Assembly: GCF_009914755.1 (NCBI RefSeq)
Contig: NC_060932.1
DNA: 64,000 nucleotides
Strand: one strand, 5' to 3'
DNA from: the human T2T-CHM13v2.0 reference genome, Homo sapiens
Shown here: positions 26,481 to 39,190 of the stretch, piece by piece
Position numbering within the stretch: position 1 is the stretch's first letter
Layout: each line of letters starts with the position of its first letter
Notes under the pieces: generated by a model
What the model was told of the DNA's origin: nothing
Database searches by the model: none
What the model saw: the letters and a program-made list of their open reading frames with translations, nothing else
Position numbers and translations under genes: made by a program

Positions 26481-26722
26481 CACAGAAGGGGTGCTGATGT
26501 AGTGATGTAGTAGCCACAATGCCAAATTAAGTTTTTCCTTTTAAACTCTTCCAAAGACTAACTTCCCACATCTGAATCATGTTTCAGAGACATTTTCAAG
26601 TTATCCTAAAAGCTATAAAATTTAGTGCCCTCTTGGATAATGTGATGCAGAACTAAAACCTGAAGGTAGTTACAGTGAACTAAAATAAAAAAATACGTAC
26701 AAGAAAAGTTGTGATTGTGTAC

Positions 26723-27093
26723 TGATATGGTTATGCTTTGTGTCCCCACCCAAATTTCATCTTGAATTATAATCCCCATAATCCCCACGTGTCAAGGAAG
26801 AGACCTGGTGGAGGTAAATGGATTATGAGGCGGTTTTCTCCAGGCTGTTCTTGTGATAGTGAGTTCTCACAAGAACTGATGGTTTTATAAATGTTCGGTA
26901 GTTCCTCTTGCATTCATTCTCCTTCCTCCCTCCTTGTGAAGGTGCCTTGCTTCCCCTTCTTCTTCTGCCATGATTGTAAGTTTCCTGAGGCCTCCCTAGC
27001 CATGCTGAACTGTGAGTCAATTAAATCTTTTCCATTTATAAGTTACCCAGTCTTGAGCAGTTCATTATAGCAGTGTGAAAATTGACTAATATA
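26723..27093 (+). mobile_element. THE1C-like MaLR solo LTR
   Basis: TGATATGGTT...TGTGTCCCCACCCAAAT...ATAATCCCCACGTGTCAAGG...GCCATGATTGTAAGTTTCCTGAGGCCTCC...GACTAATATA; 5-bp TSD TGTAC/TGTAT. Confidence 0.93.
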
Positions 27094-27469
27094 TGTATTA
27101 ATAATTTATACATTTTGTTTTTGTGTGCGTGTGTAATGATCCACTTGCCTTTTTCACTCACACTTCGTATTAAGTGTAACTTAAAAATAAATAAGACATG
27201 TCTGTGTGTGTGTGTGAGTGTGTCTTTAACAAAATGAAAAGGAAATCATATTTCTTTCCAGAGAAATGGATGAGAATGCAGGGTGCAACATAGCATAACT
27301 GAGTAAAAGGAAATTAAAAAAGAAATTATAATATTAAAAATTATTGGGTAATAATAATTTTGACTGGGTCTAACAGGATAGTAGGACCTATAAGGTAAGG
27401 AAATGAAGATATTGGAAGCAGAAAATTACTGCTTTTCCCCTCTTAAAAGGTAATGATAACAGAAGACGT

Positions 27470-27489
27470 ATAGATAGATAGATAGATAG
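27470..27489. repeat. (ATAG)5 tetranucleotide repeat
   Basis: ATAGATAGATAGATAGATAG. Confidence 0.85.
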
Positions 27490-28280
27490 TTAGAAATGAA
27501 TCAATAATAAAAGATTGGACAAACATTCTTCTGATGCCTTGTGATGTAAAACTGAAGAAAATTGAGTCCTTTATATTTTGTCCATCACAACACTAACAGT
27601 TTGATTTTTTAGATGCCTGATGTCCCTAATTTAGTCATGTCAATGAATGTTCTACTAGGGTACTCAGCAAAGTTTTGCCATCCTGAGTTGCGTAATTTGG
27701 ATATGGTCAACCAGTGCTTCATACCAAGATAGCTAATTGTGTGTGGTAATATAGTGCTCACTCCTCTCTTTAAAATTTTGTATTACTAAGTTATGAGATT
27801 AATGCTGCTACAGTTGTAAACAATTATGGGATCTTAAGTTCTTTAAGACTACATAAAGGTATTTGTACTATTTTTATATATTCAATAACTTGCTTTGTCA
27901 TATATGTAAGCATATATTTTTGAATAATTTTGCTTGACATAACATGCATGAATTTGCTGTGAATTAAAGGCCAGTCCTTATATACATGGTGAAATATGGT
28001 ATATTTTTGTCTCTGGTAAACCCACAACTGGGAAGCAGATAATATTCTTGTCCAGTAACACTAACTTTTGGGAAACATAGTTTGTCCTAGAAATGATTGA
28101 CATAGGGCTCATGGTTTTAAATACTTTTATTGAAGATTATGGTAAATGATAATAAATCAAGAAAAAACATAACCAATTTCCAAATGTCTTCCTGATTTTT
28201 ACATCAGAACATAATTTTTATGTACATATAATAACCATTTGAAACAACTTTTGAATTAGCCAATATTTTATTTCCCCCAG

Positions 28281-28317
28281 GTGATGAAAGTAGACACTTT
28301 TATGAGTTTCTTTTGCA
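28281..28317 (+). other. Candidate 37-nt cryptic exon (unverified)
   Basis: TATTTTATTTCCCCCAG| acceptor and GCA|GTGAGT donor. Confidence 0.25.
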
Positions 28318-29039
28318 GTGAGTTTCATGCAATTAAGTCAAACAAGAACAATTTTTGTAAACCACAGACTGGAAAAATTAAATGGAAGTAGTACATAAAT
28401 GATTAAGAGTGCATTATTACCATAAGTAAAATTGTTCATTTCCTTTACTTCGTTAAAATTTTTATCATATATATTTACTTTATTAATATAAACTATACTA
28501 TCTTAGTAAACCTCACCAAACTATAAATCATTAAAAAATTTTTACCAATATATTTATATCATGTAGTATTAGAATGTGTCTTGCTGAACACTTTATAGGA
28601 ACACTATTTTCAACACATTCAGGTGAGGTAAGATATAATTTTCTTGTATTTCCTCCTAATGATATGGTTGACTGTAAAAGAACAATAATCACTATTGTCT
28701 CAAAGTAAATAGGCTTTGAGACTCATTAACCACCTTAGTTTTGCTTCAGCTATTAATCTGAGAAGGCATTTATTACTTTGCATATTACAGTCCGATAGAG
28801 AATATCAGTTAATTAATTCCAGTGGGAGATTTTGGTATCATCATAAACAACATTTTAAAAAATAAGCTAATCTTATAAGAAAATGGAAAGCGGGTGTGTG
28901 TGTGTGTGTGCATGTGCGTGCAAAGAGAAAGAACTGCAAGTAATACTGTTTTCACATTCATGGAAGAGACAAGTAGTTATAGCTCAGAAATTCACAGAAC
29001 TGGAGGTGACAGGATACACTTTGATACGAAGTCAGCATA

Positions 29040-29275
29040 TCAGCATAGTATGACAGTTAACTGTGTAAGCTCTGGGGAAATCTTGGGTTCAGATACATGC
29101 TTTATTGATCATTAGCTGTTAGACCTTATGCAAATTACTTCTCTTTTCTAAATCTGGGGTTTGTCAACATAAACTGGAATAAAAATAGTACCCCAAAAAG
29201 AGTGTTTAAAAAATTAAGGTACTGTATGTCAAATATTCACAGTAATGCTAAATAAATCTTGGCTGTTATTATTAG
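29040..29275 (+). mobile_element. MIR
   Basis: CAGCATAGTATGACAGTTAA...TTGGGTTCAGAT...TTAGCTGTTAGACCTTATGCAAATTACTT...AATAAATCTTGGCTGTTATT. Confidence 0.75.
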
Positions 29276-30662
29276 ATACTAGGAGTCCACGTGATATAAA
29301 TGTCTTCTTCCCAATCATATCATGACACATAGGGAAATCTAAAATTAAAGTGAGAAAAACTTAATATCTCTTATGTTTCAGTATCCCTATACTTGGATGT
29401 AGGTTCACTGGAATAAAAATGGAATGGAAATATCTATTCTGTATTCTTGGAATTCTGGTGTGGTCTGTCTTTCTAGAGTCTGCTAGTCTAATTTTTTAAC
29501 ACAAAGCAGACAGTTGCTGTGTTTTATGCATAATCTTAAGTATTTATTTTTGTGTAATTATAATTTATTTTAAATATCTATCTTTGTGTTTAGGCTTAGT
29601 ATGACTGTTTTAAATATTCTGAGGTAGATGGATACTGTGCCTATGATATTGGGCAAGTAAAATTAGCATTGCTTAATCACCTATATCATGGCTGCATTAA
29701 TATCGGCTCCTTCATGAGCTGATATTAATTTCCAAAATAGTGCATTGTGAAAGATGAGTGGTATGCAGAGGTAAATTACTATTATGCTTGCAATAATTAA
29801 AGAAAATAAATTAAAAATTGATTGCAAGTGTAAGTTGAAATTAATCCATATAGACTAATAGTTTATCCATATAAACCAATTTATTGAACCAATTATTTAT
29901 TGAACACCTGTCACATTCAATTTTCTATGTTACATCTATGCTGTGTTAACACACTAATTTTATTTATGTAGAAATACATATTTAGCAACTGGAGATACCG
30001 ACACAAACCAGATATAGTTTTGAGCCTGAATTAGATTTCAAAATGGTGGATGCCATAACAGAAGTACAACAGTGAGTCATGGAAGCCCAGAAATGGATCT
30101 ACCTGATCACAGACTTCTAGGAGGGTTTTCTTAAGGCTCTGATGATTAAATTAGAGTGGAGAATATGCAGAATACTTTATCCCACCTTGGGAGATGAGGA
30201 AAAGACGGCACATGACTGCCTGTACCATTGAAATTTATAAGTAACACTATTCTATGGGATTAGGAAAACCTCACTGAAAGGGTGTATTAAGTCACTTTGG
30301 CCAATAGTAATCTGGTTCTTGCTGCATGCAAAGACCTTAAGGATTTGTGTACCATTGAGAACTAACCTCAGCTTCTTATGTAACAAGCAGAGGTGAAGGA
30401 GTGGGGGAAAAATGCTATAAGAAGATCGAGTCTTTGGTTATGAGATGAGAGTGGTGTGATTGGTCTTGACAAATATACTCTGTTCAAATAAATTCTGAAA
30501 AGGTAGCCTTGTAGGAATCCAAGTACCAGAGGAGCTGTTATTGTAGTGCTACTGCCTGCCACATCTATCTTGGATAATTTCTCCATTTAGAGAATATGGT
30601 GTCTTCAGAATTTAAGTGGGAATTTGGGGGCCAGGTAGAGGAAATGAGTCTTCTTATCTTGC

Positions 30663-30870
30663 TTCCCTTTCTCTCTCCCTTTGCCCTGCCTTTCCTTTCC
30701 TTTCCTTTCCTTTCCTTTCCTTTCCTTTCCTTTCCTTTCCTTTCCTTTCCTTTCCTTTCCTTTCCTTTCTTTCCTTCCTCCCTTCCCTTCCCTTCCCTTC
30801 CCTTCCCTTCCCTTCCATTCCTCCCTTCCCTTCCCTTCCCTTCCCTTCCCTTCCCTTCCTTCTTTCCTTC
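30663..30870. repeat. Polypyrimidine pentanucleotide tract: (CCTTT)16 then two runs of about 7 (CCCTT)
   Basis: CCTTT x16 at 30689-30768; CCTTC x7 at 30781-30815; second CCCTT run to about 30858. Confidence 0.97.
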
Positions 30871-31559
30871 ATGTCTCTTTTAAATGTCTAGAATTTAATA
30901 TTGAATGCTATTTGGGTGAATGGGTTATATTGGGAGGGTCTTAATAGGCTCTTTTGTCTCCACCTCATCTGACTAGTTCAGACTGATCACCTGGCATGAT
31001 ATGTAAGTCAAATAAAAGCATTTGCCTTTTTGGTGGCACTTAGGGATGACAGGGAACGATGGGCAAGGACCATGGTAGAAGTTTGGAATATTCACTATAA
31101 GAAAAGGGAGATGGAGGTGAGCAATGATATGCAGAAAGAATGCCAAATAGCAGGGTGTTGCACCATGAACCCTGATTGACCCATGAGTTGGTTATTGCCT
31201 TAATCTACACAATGCAGCATTTTCTCTAGTAGCTCTCAGAACAGAGTATTTGGTTGGAAGGAAGTTTGAGATTCCAGGTTGTAATCATGGGATTCTGAGG
31301 TTCTAAAGTTGAATGATTTTAAGCTGCACAGATGCTGCAACATCTTGTCCTGTACAACTTTTTAAGTTTTGTGGGAAGTGGCACATAGTAAGTGATCAGT
31401 AAATATTTCTGAATGAGTAAATGAATGTGTGAAGATCATTAAAGTCAACATGATCAAGAAAATGTGAGACCAGAGTGTTATGAATTAAATTATTCCAATA
31501 TGTCAATAGAAGTTGAGATGAAAAGGAATCAGATACCCAACACTCAGGCATTACTTAGA

Positions 31560-31725
31560 TATCCCAAATCCTTATGGCCAGTAGCTTACTGGATATCTTC
31601 ACTTGAGTATGTGTAGGTATCTTAAGTTTACCCTAACTTAGTTAGAAATTCTGATTCTCATCTTTTCCAATCCTTCTGTTTCTCTAATACCACCCTTATA
31701 CATAGATAAAAATGGTCCCTACCGT
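31560..31725 (+). mobile_element. L2 fragment
   Basis: GCTTACTGGATATCTTCACTTGAGTATGTGTAGGTATCTTAAGTTTA resembles the L2 ORF2-end consensus. Confidence 0.55.
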
Positions 31726-32250
31726 TGGCACTGTGCTTACTGTGACTTCTTTCAGCTATGGCTCACTTTTTGGGGCAAAATGGTCATATGCTCACTGCAA
31801 GGCAATATTTTCGTCCACATCAGAACCAAGCTCTAAGTATCCTGAGTCTAAGAGTTACTTTCCCAAATGGCCCATTTTCCACTTTTGGCTCTGTACAGCT
31901 CTCAACCCCAGGTTCATTCTCAAAAAGGTGGATGGTGTCACTAGTGTGCATACCTTGAGGCTCACTAAGTGAATATTTGCACCGGTGGGAGACTGGACAG
32001 AACTGGATATTTAAATTGGAGTGTCCAAATGAATGTGAGTGAGGGTACTGGCTGAGAAGGATATAGCAAGGTATGAAAAATAAAGGGTTTAGGCTGGGGG
32101 CCAAGGGCCAGTGTTCTCTGTGCACAGAGAACACAGAGAATTTTTCCTGCACAAAATTCCAAGGAATTTGAAAATTATATATTTAAGCTAAGTATAAAGT
32201 TTATTACCAGGTGTTTTTATGAATGTAGAATGATACAACATATTATTTAA

Positions 32251-32566
<316 letters not shown>

Positions 32567-32659
32567 ACTTCATTAATACTTTTAAAACACTTAAGCACAT
32601 GTTGAACTTCATTTGGAACCAAGCCTTGGGACCCACAGATATTATGGATGAGTCTACCT

Positions 32660-33538
32660 TCCTCTAAACTTTGCTGTCTCAGTTGATGACATCACCATCC
32701 ATCCAGTTGCTCAAGATAGATAGTTAGAAGTTATCCTTAATTCTTCTCTTTGCCTTGCTCTTATTTTCTGATACAGAAGCCTTAAGATTCTGGTATAAAA
32801 TGTGTGTTGAAATTTTATGTATTTCTTCCTATATCCATTGCCACCACCCTAGGCCAAGTCATGTCATTTCTAGCTTAGATTAGTTGAAATAGTCTCCTTA
32901 GCTGGACTTTCATGTTTACAAGCTCTAATCCATTCTCTACATAGCAGTTAGAAGTCATCCTTCCAAAACGCAAATCAGATCATGTCACAAGCTGGCTTAG
33001 TCCTTCAGCAGATTTTCATTACCCTTAGAACAATATCCAGATTCTTTGCAGTGGCTTACAAGGCCCTGGCTGACTTGGCTCCTGCTTATCTCTCCAACCT
33101 TGTCTTGTTTCCTCTTGATGATTACATTTCAGTCACACAGTCTTTCTCGGTTTTCAAAAAAAGCTTTATTTGTGCCCAGAATATTGGCTATTTCTCTCTC
33201 TGCATGAAATTTCTTTCCTCAGCTCTTTTCACTACTGGTTTTGTCACCTTTTTGATGTCTGAGATTTTATTCCATCTACTAACAGAAGCTTTATTTGGCC
33301 TCAAACTTGTGTGACTGCCCCCACTCCTGATTTCCACCTTCACGGTGTCCTCTTTATTTCCTGTGTTACACTTAGCACAGTCTCGAATGTGTGTGCTTGT
33401 TTATATGACTGCTCATCTAGAATGAGTACTGCATGAAGACAGAAACTATGTATCTCTTTATTTCTATTGTATTATTATCACTCAGACCCATGCCTGACAC
33501 ATTTGTAGAACCAATATGCTTTGTGATGAATGAATGAC
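32660..33538 (+). mobile_element. L2a 3' portion
   Basis: CACCATCCATCCAGTTGCTCAAG...CAAATCAGATCATGTCAC...TGGCTTACAAGGCCCTG...TGCCTGACACAT...(TGAA)n tail. Confidence 0.85.
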
Positions 33539-33612
33539 TGAGAAGAAATGAGAAGTAGGTTATTTAGTGAGTTTAATAGAAGGAGTGGAGCAGCTGATCA
33601 TTATGGGTAGAG

Positions 33613-33969
33613 CAGGAGTTCCCAATCCCTGGCTGTGGACCAGTACTGGTCTGTGGCCTATTAGGAACCAGGTCACACAGCAGGGGGTGAGCTGCCAGCT
33701 AGGGAACTTTACTGCCTTAGCTCCATCTCCTGTCAGATCAGCAGTGGCATTAGATTCTCATAGGAGCGTGAACCCTATTGTCAACTGTGCATGCAACGGA
33801 TCTAGGTTGCATGCTTCTTATGAGAATCTAATGCCTGATGATCTGAGGTGGAACAGTTTTATCCTGAAACCATCCCCATCTATACCCCACTAAACCCCTC
33901 CCTGCCATCCATGGAAAAATTGTCTTTCACAAAATTGGTCCCTGGTGCCAAAAAGGTTGGAGATCGCTG
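33613..33969 (+). mobile_element. MER1B (hAT-Charlie MITE), full length
   Basis: CAGGAGTTCCCAATCCC...GGCATTAGATTCTCATAGGAGC...CTTATGAGAATCTAATGCC...GTCCCTGGTGCCAAAAAGGTTGGAGATCGCTG; 8-bp TSD GGGTAGAG/GTGTAGAG. Confidence 0.95.
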
Positions 33970-33995
33970 GTGTAGAGTATATCAAAACTATGTAT

Positions 33996-34180
33996 TTCTT
34001 TTTTGGTTGTTTGTTTTTGTTTTGTTTTGTTTTTTGAAATGGAGCTTTACTCTTGTTGCCCAGGCTGGAGGGCAGTGGTGCAATCTCAGCTCATCGCAAC
34101 TTCCGCCTCCTGGATTCGAGTGATTCTCCTGCCTCTGAGTGATTCTCCTGCCTCAGCCTCCCGAGTAGCTGGGATTACAG
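33996..34180 (-). mobile_element. Alu (AluSq/Sp-like) partial right arm
   Basis: (GTTTT)n tail, CTCTTGTTGCCCAGGCTGG; ends at GGGATTACAG; internal 18-bp tandem duplication. Confidence 0.92.
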
Positions 34181-34670
34181 TGTATATACATATATGAAAT
34201 AAATGGTGGCTGGGAAGCAATATGACTTAAAAGGAGATAATTTACATCTACATCTACTACCCTTTCAATTGTACTTAGCTGAAGACTTCTTTAGAAAAGT
34301 TCAAATTTTTTTTGAAAAGCAGTAGTAGAGTGTGTTTGAAAAATAGAGTTTATCATTGAAGTTAAGTTCTAATTTCTCTATACGGTGTTTAAGAACAATT
34401 TTCAAAATTAAAAATCCAGTTGGATTGTGACCAAGATTTAGTGACCTCCTTCCAGGACAGGATTTTTGGAGTGTGGATCACATTGCAATATGTTGCTATC
34501 AATATCTGTTAGTTGATCTCAGCTGATGTGTTATTAGTGAATTAATGGAGTGGACTAGAGTACCTTGCATGATAGGTTAGGTATTGTTTCATGGAATTTG
34601 ATCCAGTTGTGTGTATGTACATGTTTATATTTTTTTCTGTGGTAGGCTTCCAGAAAAAATTGTATTTCTT

Positions 34671-34968
34671 TTTTTTTTTTTTTTTTTTTTGAGGCAGAGT
34701 CTCACTCTGTGGCCTAGACTGGAGTGCAATGGCATGATTTCATCTCACTGAAACCTCCATCTCCCGGGTTCAAACGATTTTCCTGCCTCAGCCTCCTGAG
34801 TAGCTGGAACTACAGGTGCAGCCACCACACCTGGGTAATTTTTGTATTTTTAGTAGAGACGGGGTTTTACCATGTTGGCCACACTGGTCTTGAACTCCTG
34901 ACCTCATGATCCACCCGCCTCGGTCTCTCAAAGTGCTGGGATTATAGGCGTGAGCCACCACGTCTGGC
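34671..34968 (-). mobile_element. Alu (AluSg-like), full length
   Basis: Complete dimer; TSD-like AAAAAA(T/A)TGTATTTCTT on both sides. Confidence 0.95.
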
Positions 34969-36256
34969 ACAAAAAAAATGTATTTCTTAAAAAGGCTCTA
35001 ATAAAAAACATTTGAAAGCCACTGTTCTAGGTGATAATGATTGTAAGATCTTTGTGTATAGTTCTTGCTAGCTCAGTCTTATTAATAGTTTCATTGAGAG
35101 AGAATTCAACAGGTATTTGTTTGTAAGTACTAACAAAAAATTGTACATTCAATACTTATCAAACAAAAGTTACATGATCTTATTCTTCCACTATTAAATT
35201 TTTATTTTATTTTTAAATTTTGATTTTTTGGCATTTCACCTGCAAGTCTTTTTGTCTTATTAGAGTCACACTATGTGATGGTATTTTTTCTTTATCCACA
35301 ATCTCCCCTGACTCCCCTGTTACTATTATGGAATAATGTAAAGTTAAGAATTAATTATGATTACAGTAGTTATGGGTAATTAGGTACTATGAATCAAATC
35401 TTAGAAATCACTTTCATTATTGTAATAGTGCCTCAGAAAACAATTTTTCCTCTTTGACTTTTTAAATTGTTAATACTATCATAAATGGCATTTATGTATT
35501 CATTTACCAAATATTGATCAAAAACTACTTTGTGTCTACCATCAGAATTTAAAAGACACCTTCCTAGATCATAGAGAAGGCTTACTGACATGGCACATAC
35601 AGAATGGTAAACAGATAGCTACATTACACAATGAGATAAGTGCTTCAATAACAATATAGAGCTGTAAGGGAGTGAATTGAAGAGATACTCCCCTATTCTT
35701 AAATGTTCAGTGAAATTCCTTTGTCCCAAAGTGCTAGTTAAACGAAGACATAAAGAATAGTCTAGCAAAAAAAAAAAAAAAAAAAAAATGTGATTGTGGT
35801 AGTTAATGTTCCAGTCAGAGAAAATAGCATAGTATGGGAGATGAGGGTGGAGGAGGGCTATGAAATACAGTCGCAAGAATAAGCCAAGTTAAATAATTTA
35901 AGCTCCATCCTGGGTATATAGACTTTCAAGTGTGTGAGAGAGCACATACAAAATTACTACCATAGAAGAATTTTGATGGCACTTTTAATTCAAGTACACT
36001 TGACCATAGGTATCTGAGGTAGTACTAGATTCTTGAAAAGAGAGCTAATCCAAGACATAAAGGGTATCAACTGATAAAAATCCTGCAACTTTTGTATGCA
36101 GTTGGAAATGGTAAGAATACCAGCATTTAGAAGAGAATCTCCAAAATTGGCAGATAGAGGAAAACACTTCTATATGTCTTAGGATAGTAGGGAAGAGTGC
36201 ATCATTTGCTATATAAATGGAAATGTTCATCTAAGCTGCATTTTGTATGCACACTC

Positions 36257-36613
36257 TGTATTGGTCTGGTCTCATAATGCTATGAAGAAATACCTGAGTC
36301 TGGGTAATTCATAAAGAAAAGAGGTTTAATTAACTCACAGATCTGCATGGCTTGGGAGGCCTCAGGACACCTACGGTCATGGCAGAAGGCACCTATTCAC
36401 AGGGTGGCAGGAGAGAGAATGAGCGCTGAGTGAAGGGGGAAGCCCCTTGTAAAACCATCAGATCTCCGGAAAGCTCACTCACTATCATGAGAACAGTACG
36501 GTGGAAACTGTCCCCATGATACAATTATCTCCACTTGGTCCCACCCTTGACACATGGGTATTATTACAATTCAAGGTGAGATTTGGGTGGGAACAGAGAG
36601 CCAAACTATATCA
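36257..36613 (-). mobile_element. THE1C-like MaLR solo LTR
   Basis: TGTATTGGTCT...AAAGAGGTTTAATT...AAAACCATCAGATCTC...GAGATTTGGGTGGG...GCCAAACTATATCA. Confidence 0.92.
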
Positions 36614-37369
36614 CATCCCCACATTCAAGATGCATGTAAGCACTTCTGCACCATTGCCATACTCAGGCTCCAGCTTTTTATGGAATTTCATCTCTGGCTA
36701 TTCATTCATCCATTCATTCATACGTGCATACATACCTAAATGCATTTAGTCAATTAATCAATCAGCCATTTTGGTGGCCGAAATTTATAAGGCAAGTAAT
36801 ACTTTTAGTTTCTTTGATAGACACCATGATCAGAAACATAGTCTCTTTCTTAAAGGGAAAATAGGAAGTCTTCTGAGTCATAACAGATGCATGCATAAAT
36901 TTCTCTGAGTCTTCATAAGAAACACAAGCAAGATTTCACAGAGGCAGTGGAATTTGAACTGAGTCTTGAGAAATAAGCAATATCTGAACATGTAGAATGC
37001 AAAATAAAGGATAAGCAAGTGCTAATGCCCAGAGGGTAATACATATTAAATAACCAATAACCAATTGCTACTTGTGTTTCTTACACTAGAAGACAACTTG
37101 GAACTATTTATCCCAAATATTAATTTCCAGTTTGGGGTCCTGAGACAGTAACTTCAAAACAGTCGACATTAACTTCCAGTCCTTTTTTTCATTCCAGCCT
37201 GTAATAATAATTTGTGTAGCTGCCCACATCTCTCACTAAATGTTAAGATAACTCTGGTTTAAAATATAAATAATTGAAGAATAATTAGATATTTTGAGAT
37301 TAAGAAAGAGGATGGAACTTACAGAGGAAAGATAAATTATAGTTAGAAGTAACCTTGAGGTACTTCTTG

Positions 37370-37490
37370 CCCAATTTCTCATTTTACATATGAAAATATA
37401 AATTATGTGACATCCCAAGGTTGGGCACAATTGTAGTGGCAGAGCTGAGACTGGAACTCACAGTTCCTGACTTGCAGTGATTTTCTCCCC
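37370..37490 (-). mobile_element. MIR-family fragment
   Basis: CTCATTTTACATATGAAAA...AGTGGCAGAGCTGAGACTGGAACTCA...TTCCTGACT. Confidence 0.7.
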
Positions 37491-38296
37491 ATGATAAATC
37501 TGATTTTGAAATATAGGATAAGAAGATTGCTTGTAGAATTAAAACCTGAGAACTTGAGTGTAATATAAGTGAAATAGAAAATTGCTAAAATAATATTTAC
37601 ACATAATTTTACTTGGATATCACTCCTAATTAGTTTGAGAAGTAGGTAGGACATAAATAACAAATAAATGAAGTAATGTATACTCAAATAAACAAAGCTT
37701 AATCTAATATAGTCCTCATATATAGGGTTAATTGTTGAAAATCCACTAGTGCCAATAGACTGTATGTAAGTATAGAAATAGCTTCAAATTCCTGATTTCT
37801 AAAAATATATATGTGATATTTCACAAAAATTATTTTATGGTAGCTAATATAATTAAGGAAATATGTATTTCATTCCATAAGTTAAATATTTTATGAAATT
37901 CTCAAAACAATGTATACATGGAGAGTTGCAACCAACCCTAAAAATAAATATTAATAAATATTGCAGGAGAATTTTTGAGGATGATACAAATTTATTCAGT
38001 TAATATGGATGACAAAAATAAACAAAATAACATGATTAAACAGAACTTTCTGGAAATTTAGTATACTAATGAATGTTATAAATATCCTGTGAATAATGTG
38101 AACAGGAGCAAATTTTGGTATTTAAAAACCTATTTATTTACATTAGTTAAAATATGAATTAGTTGTATAATAACTTACTCTCTAGTTATTCTCCTTAGAA
38201 TTCTTACAAATCCTGAAGAAATGGAGCTTTAAGTTTTTCGACTTTCATACCAGTATAGTTACTACTATGGACACTACTTGTTACTACTATTTACTA

Positions 38297-38553
38297 CTAA
38301 TGGCTCTCATTTTTGAGCACATTTTTATGCCAAGCACTGTGCTAAGTCCTTTCTCTACATTTTCTCACTTAATTCTAATAATATTCTTGCAAGTTTGTTA
38401 TTATCACCCACATTTTACAGATGAGGAAACAGCGTCTCATGGGGAATAAGGAAATGATTCAAGTCAAGCAATCATTAAATAGCGCAGTTGGTACTTAGGC
38501 CTAGGCCTCTCTGATTTCAAAGCCCATGCTCTTGACTTCCATGCTACACCACC
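38297..38553 (-). mobile_element. MIR (near full length)
   Basis: TGAGCACA...TGCCAAGCACTGTGCTAAG...CATTTTACAGATGAGGAAAC...CTGATTTCAAAGCCCATGCTCTT. Confidence 0.85.
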
Positions 38554-38589
38554 TCTGTTCAGTTGCCACATATGTACGGAGCCTCTAGA

Positions 38590-39190
38590 CACTAACACTC
38601 TTTTAGATATTAGGGATGCCAAGAACAAAAGAACAGCTTCAGCCTTTCCAGACTTTCTCCAGAAGAGAAGACATTTAACTAAACAATTGCAATGGAATCT
38701 TACAGTTGCTGTGGCAGTAAGGCATAAGAACATAGTCAGCTCATCAAAGAAGTCGTATCCTTTCTACTTACAAATTCCAAGGAAAGGCTTTTTCTAAGAA
38801 GTGATGCTTGAGCTGAGACTAGAAGATAAAGAAATGTTGGATGGATGAGAGAATGAATAGTTGTCCAGATTTGAGAAAAGACTAAGAACCATGACACGGC
38901 ATGGGGAAAAGTGTAGTTTTCAAATTGACTGAAGTGAGAAATACAGCTAGAGAAAAAGGCACATGTATTAGCAAATATTGTATGACTTTTATTCACATTA
39001 ATCACATATAAGAAAGGTTACAATATATTCCATAGTTATTGAGATACTGTTGATGACCTTATAGTACTGAAAAAATGGCCATATTTGTTCTCTGTGTTCA
39101 CTCTGAACGTAAAGCGCAATGCCATGAAAGGGGCCACACTGGGAAGAAGAAAACCAGTAAGGAGAATGTAAACATGACTCCCGGTGAGGG
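38590..39190 (-). mobile_element. L2 fragments
   Basis: AGGAAAGGCTTTTTCTAAGAAGTGATGCTTGAGCTGAGACT...; degenerate antisense L2. Confidence 0.55.

Noticed and set aside
30596-30944. Low-complexity FPFLS / KGKER ORFs
   Set aside because: Translations of the pentanucleotide microsatellite
37090-37147. Possible exon after TGTGTTTCTTACACTAG
   Set aside because: Acceptor is plausible but the donor ACA|GTAACT is weak and there is no other support
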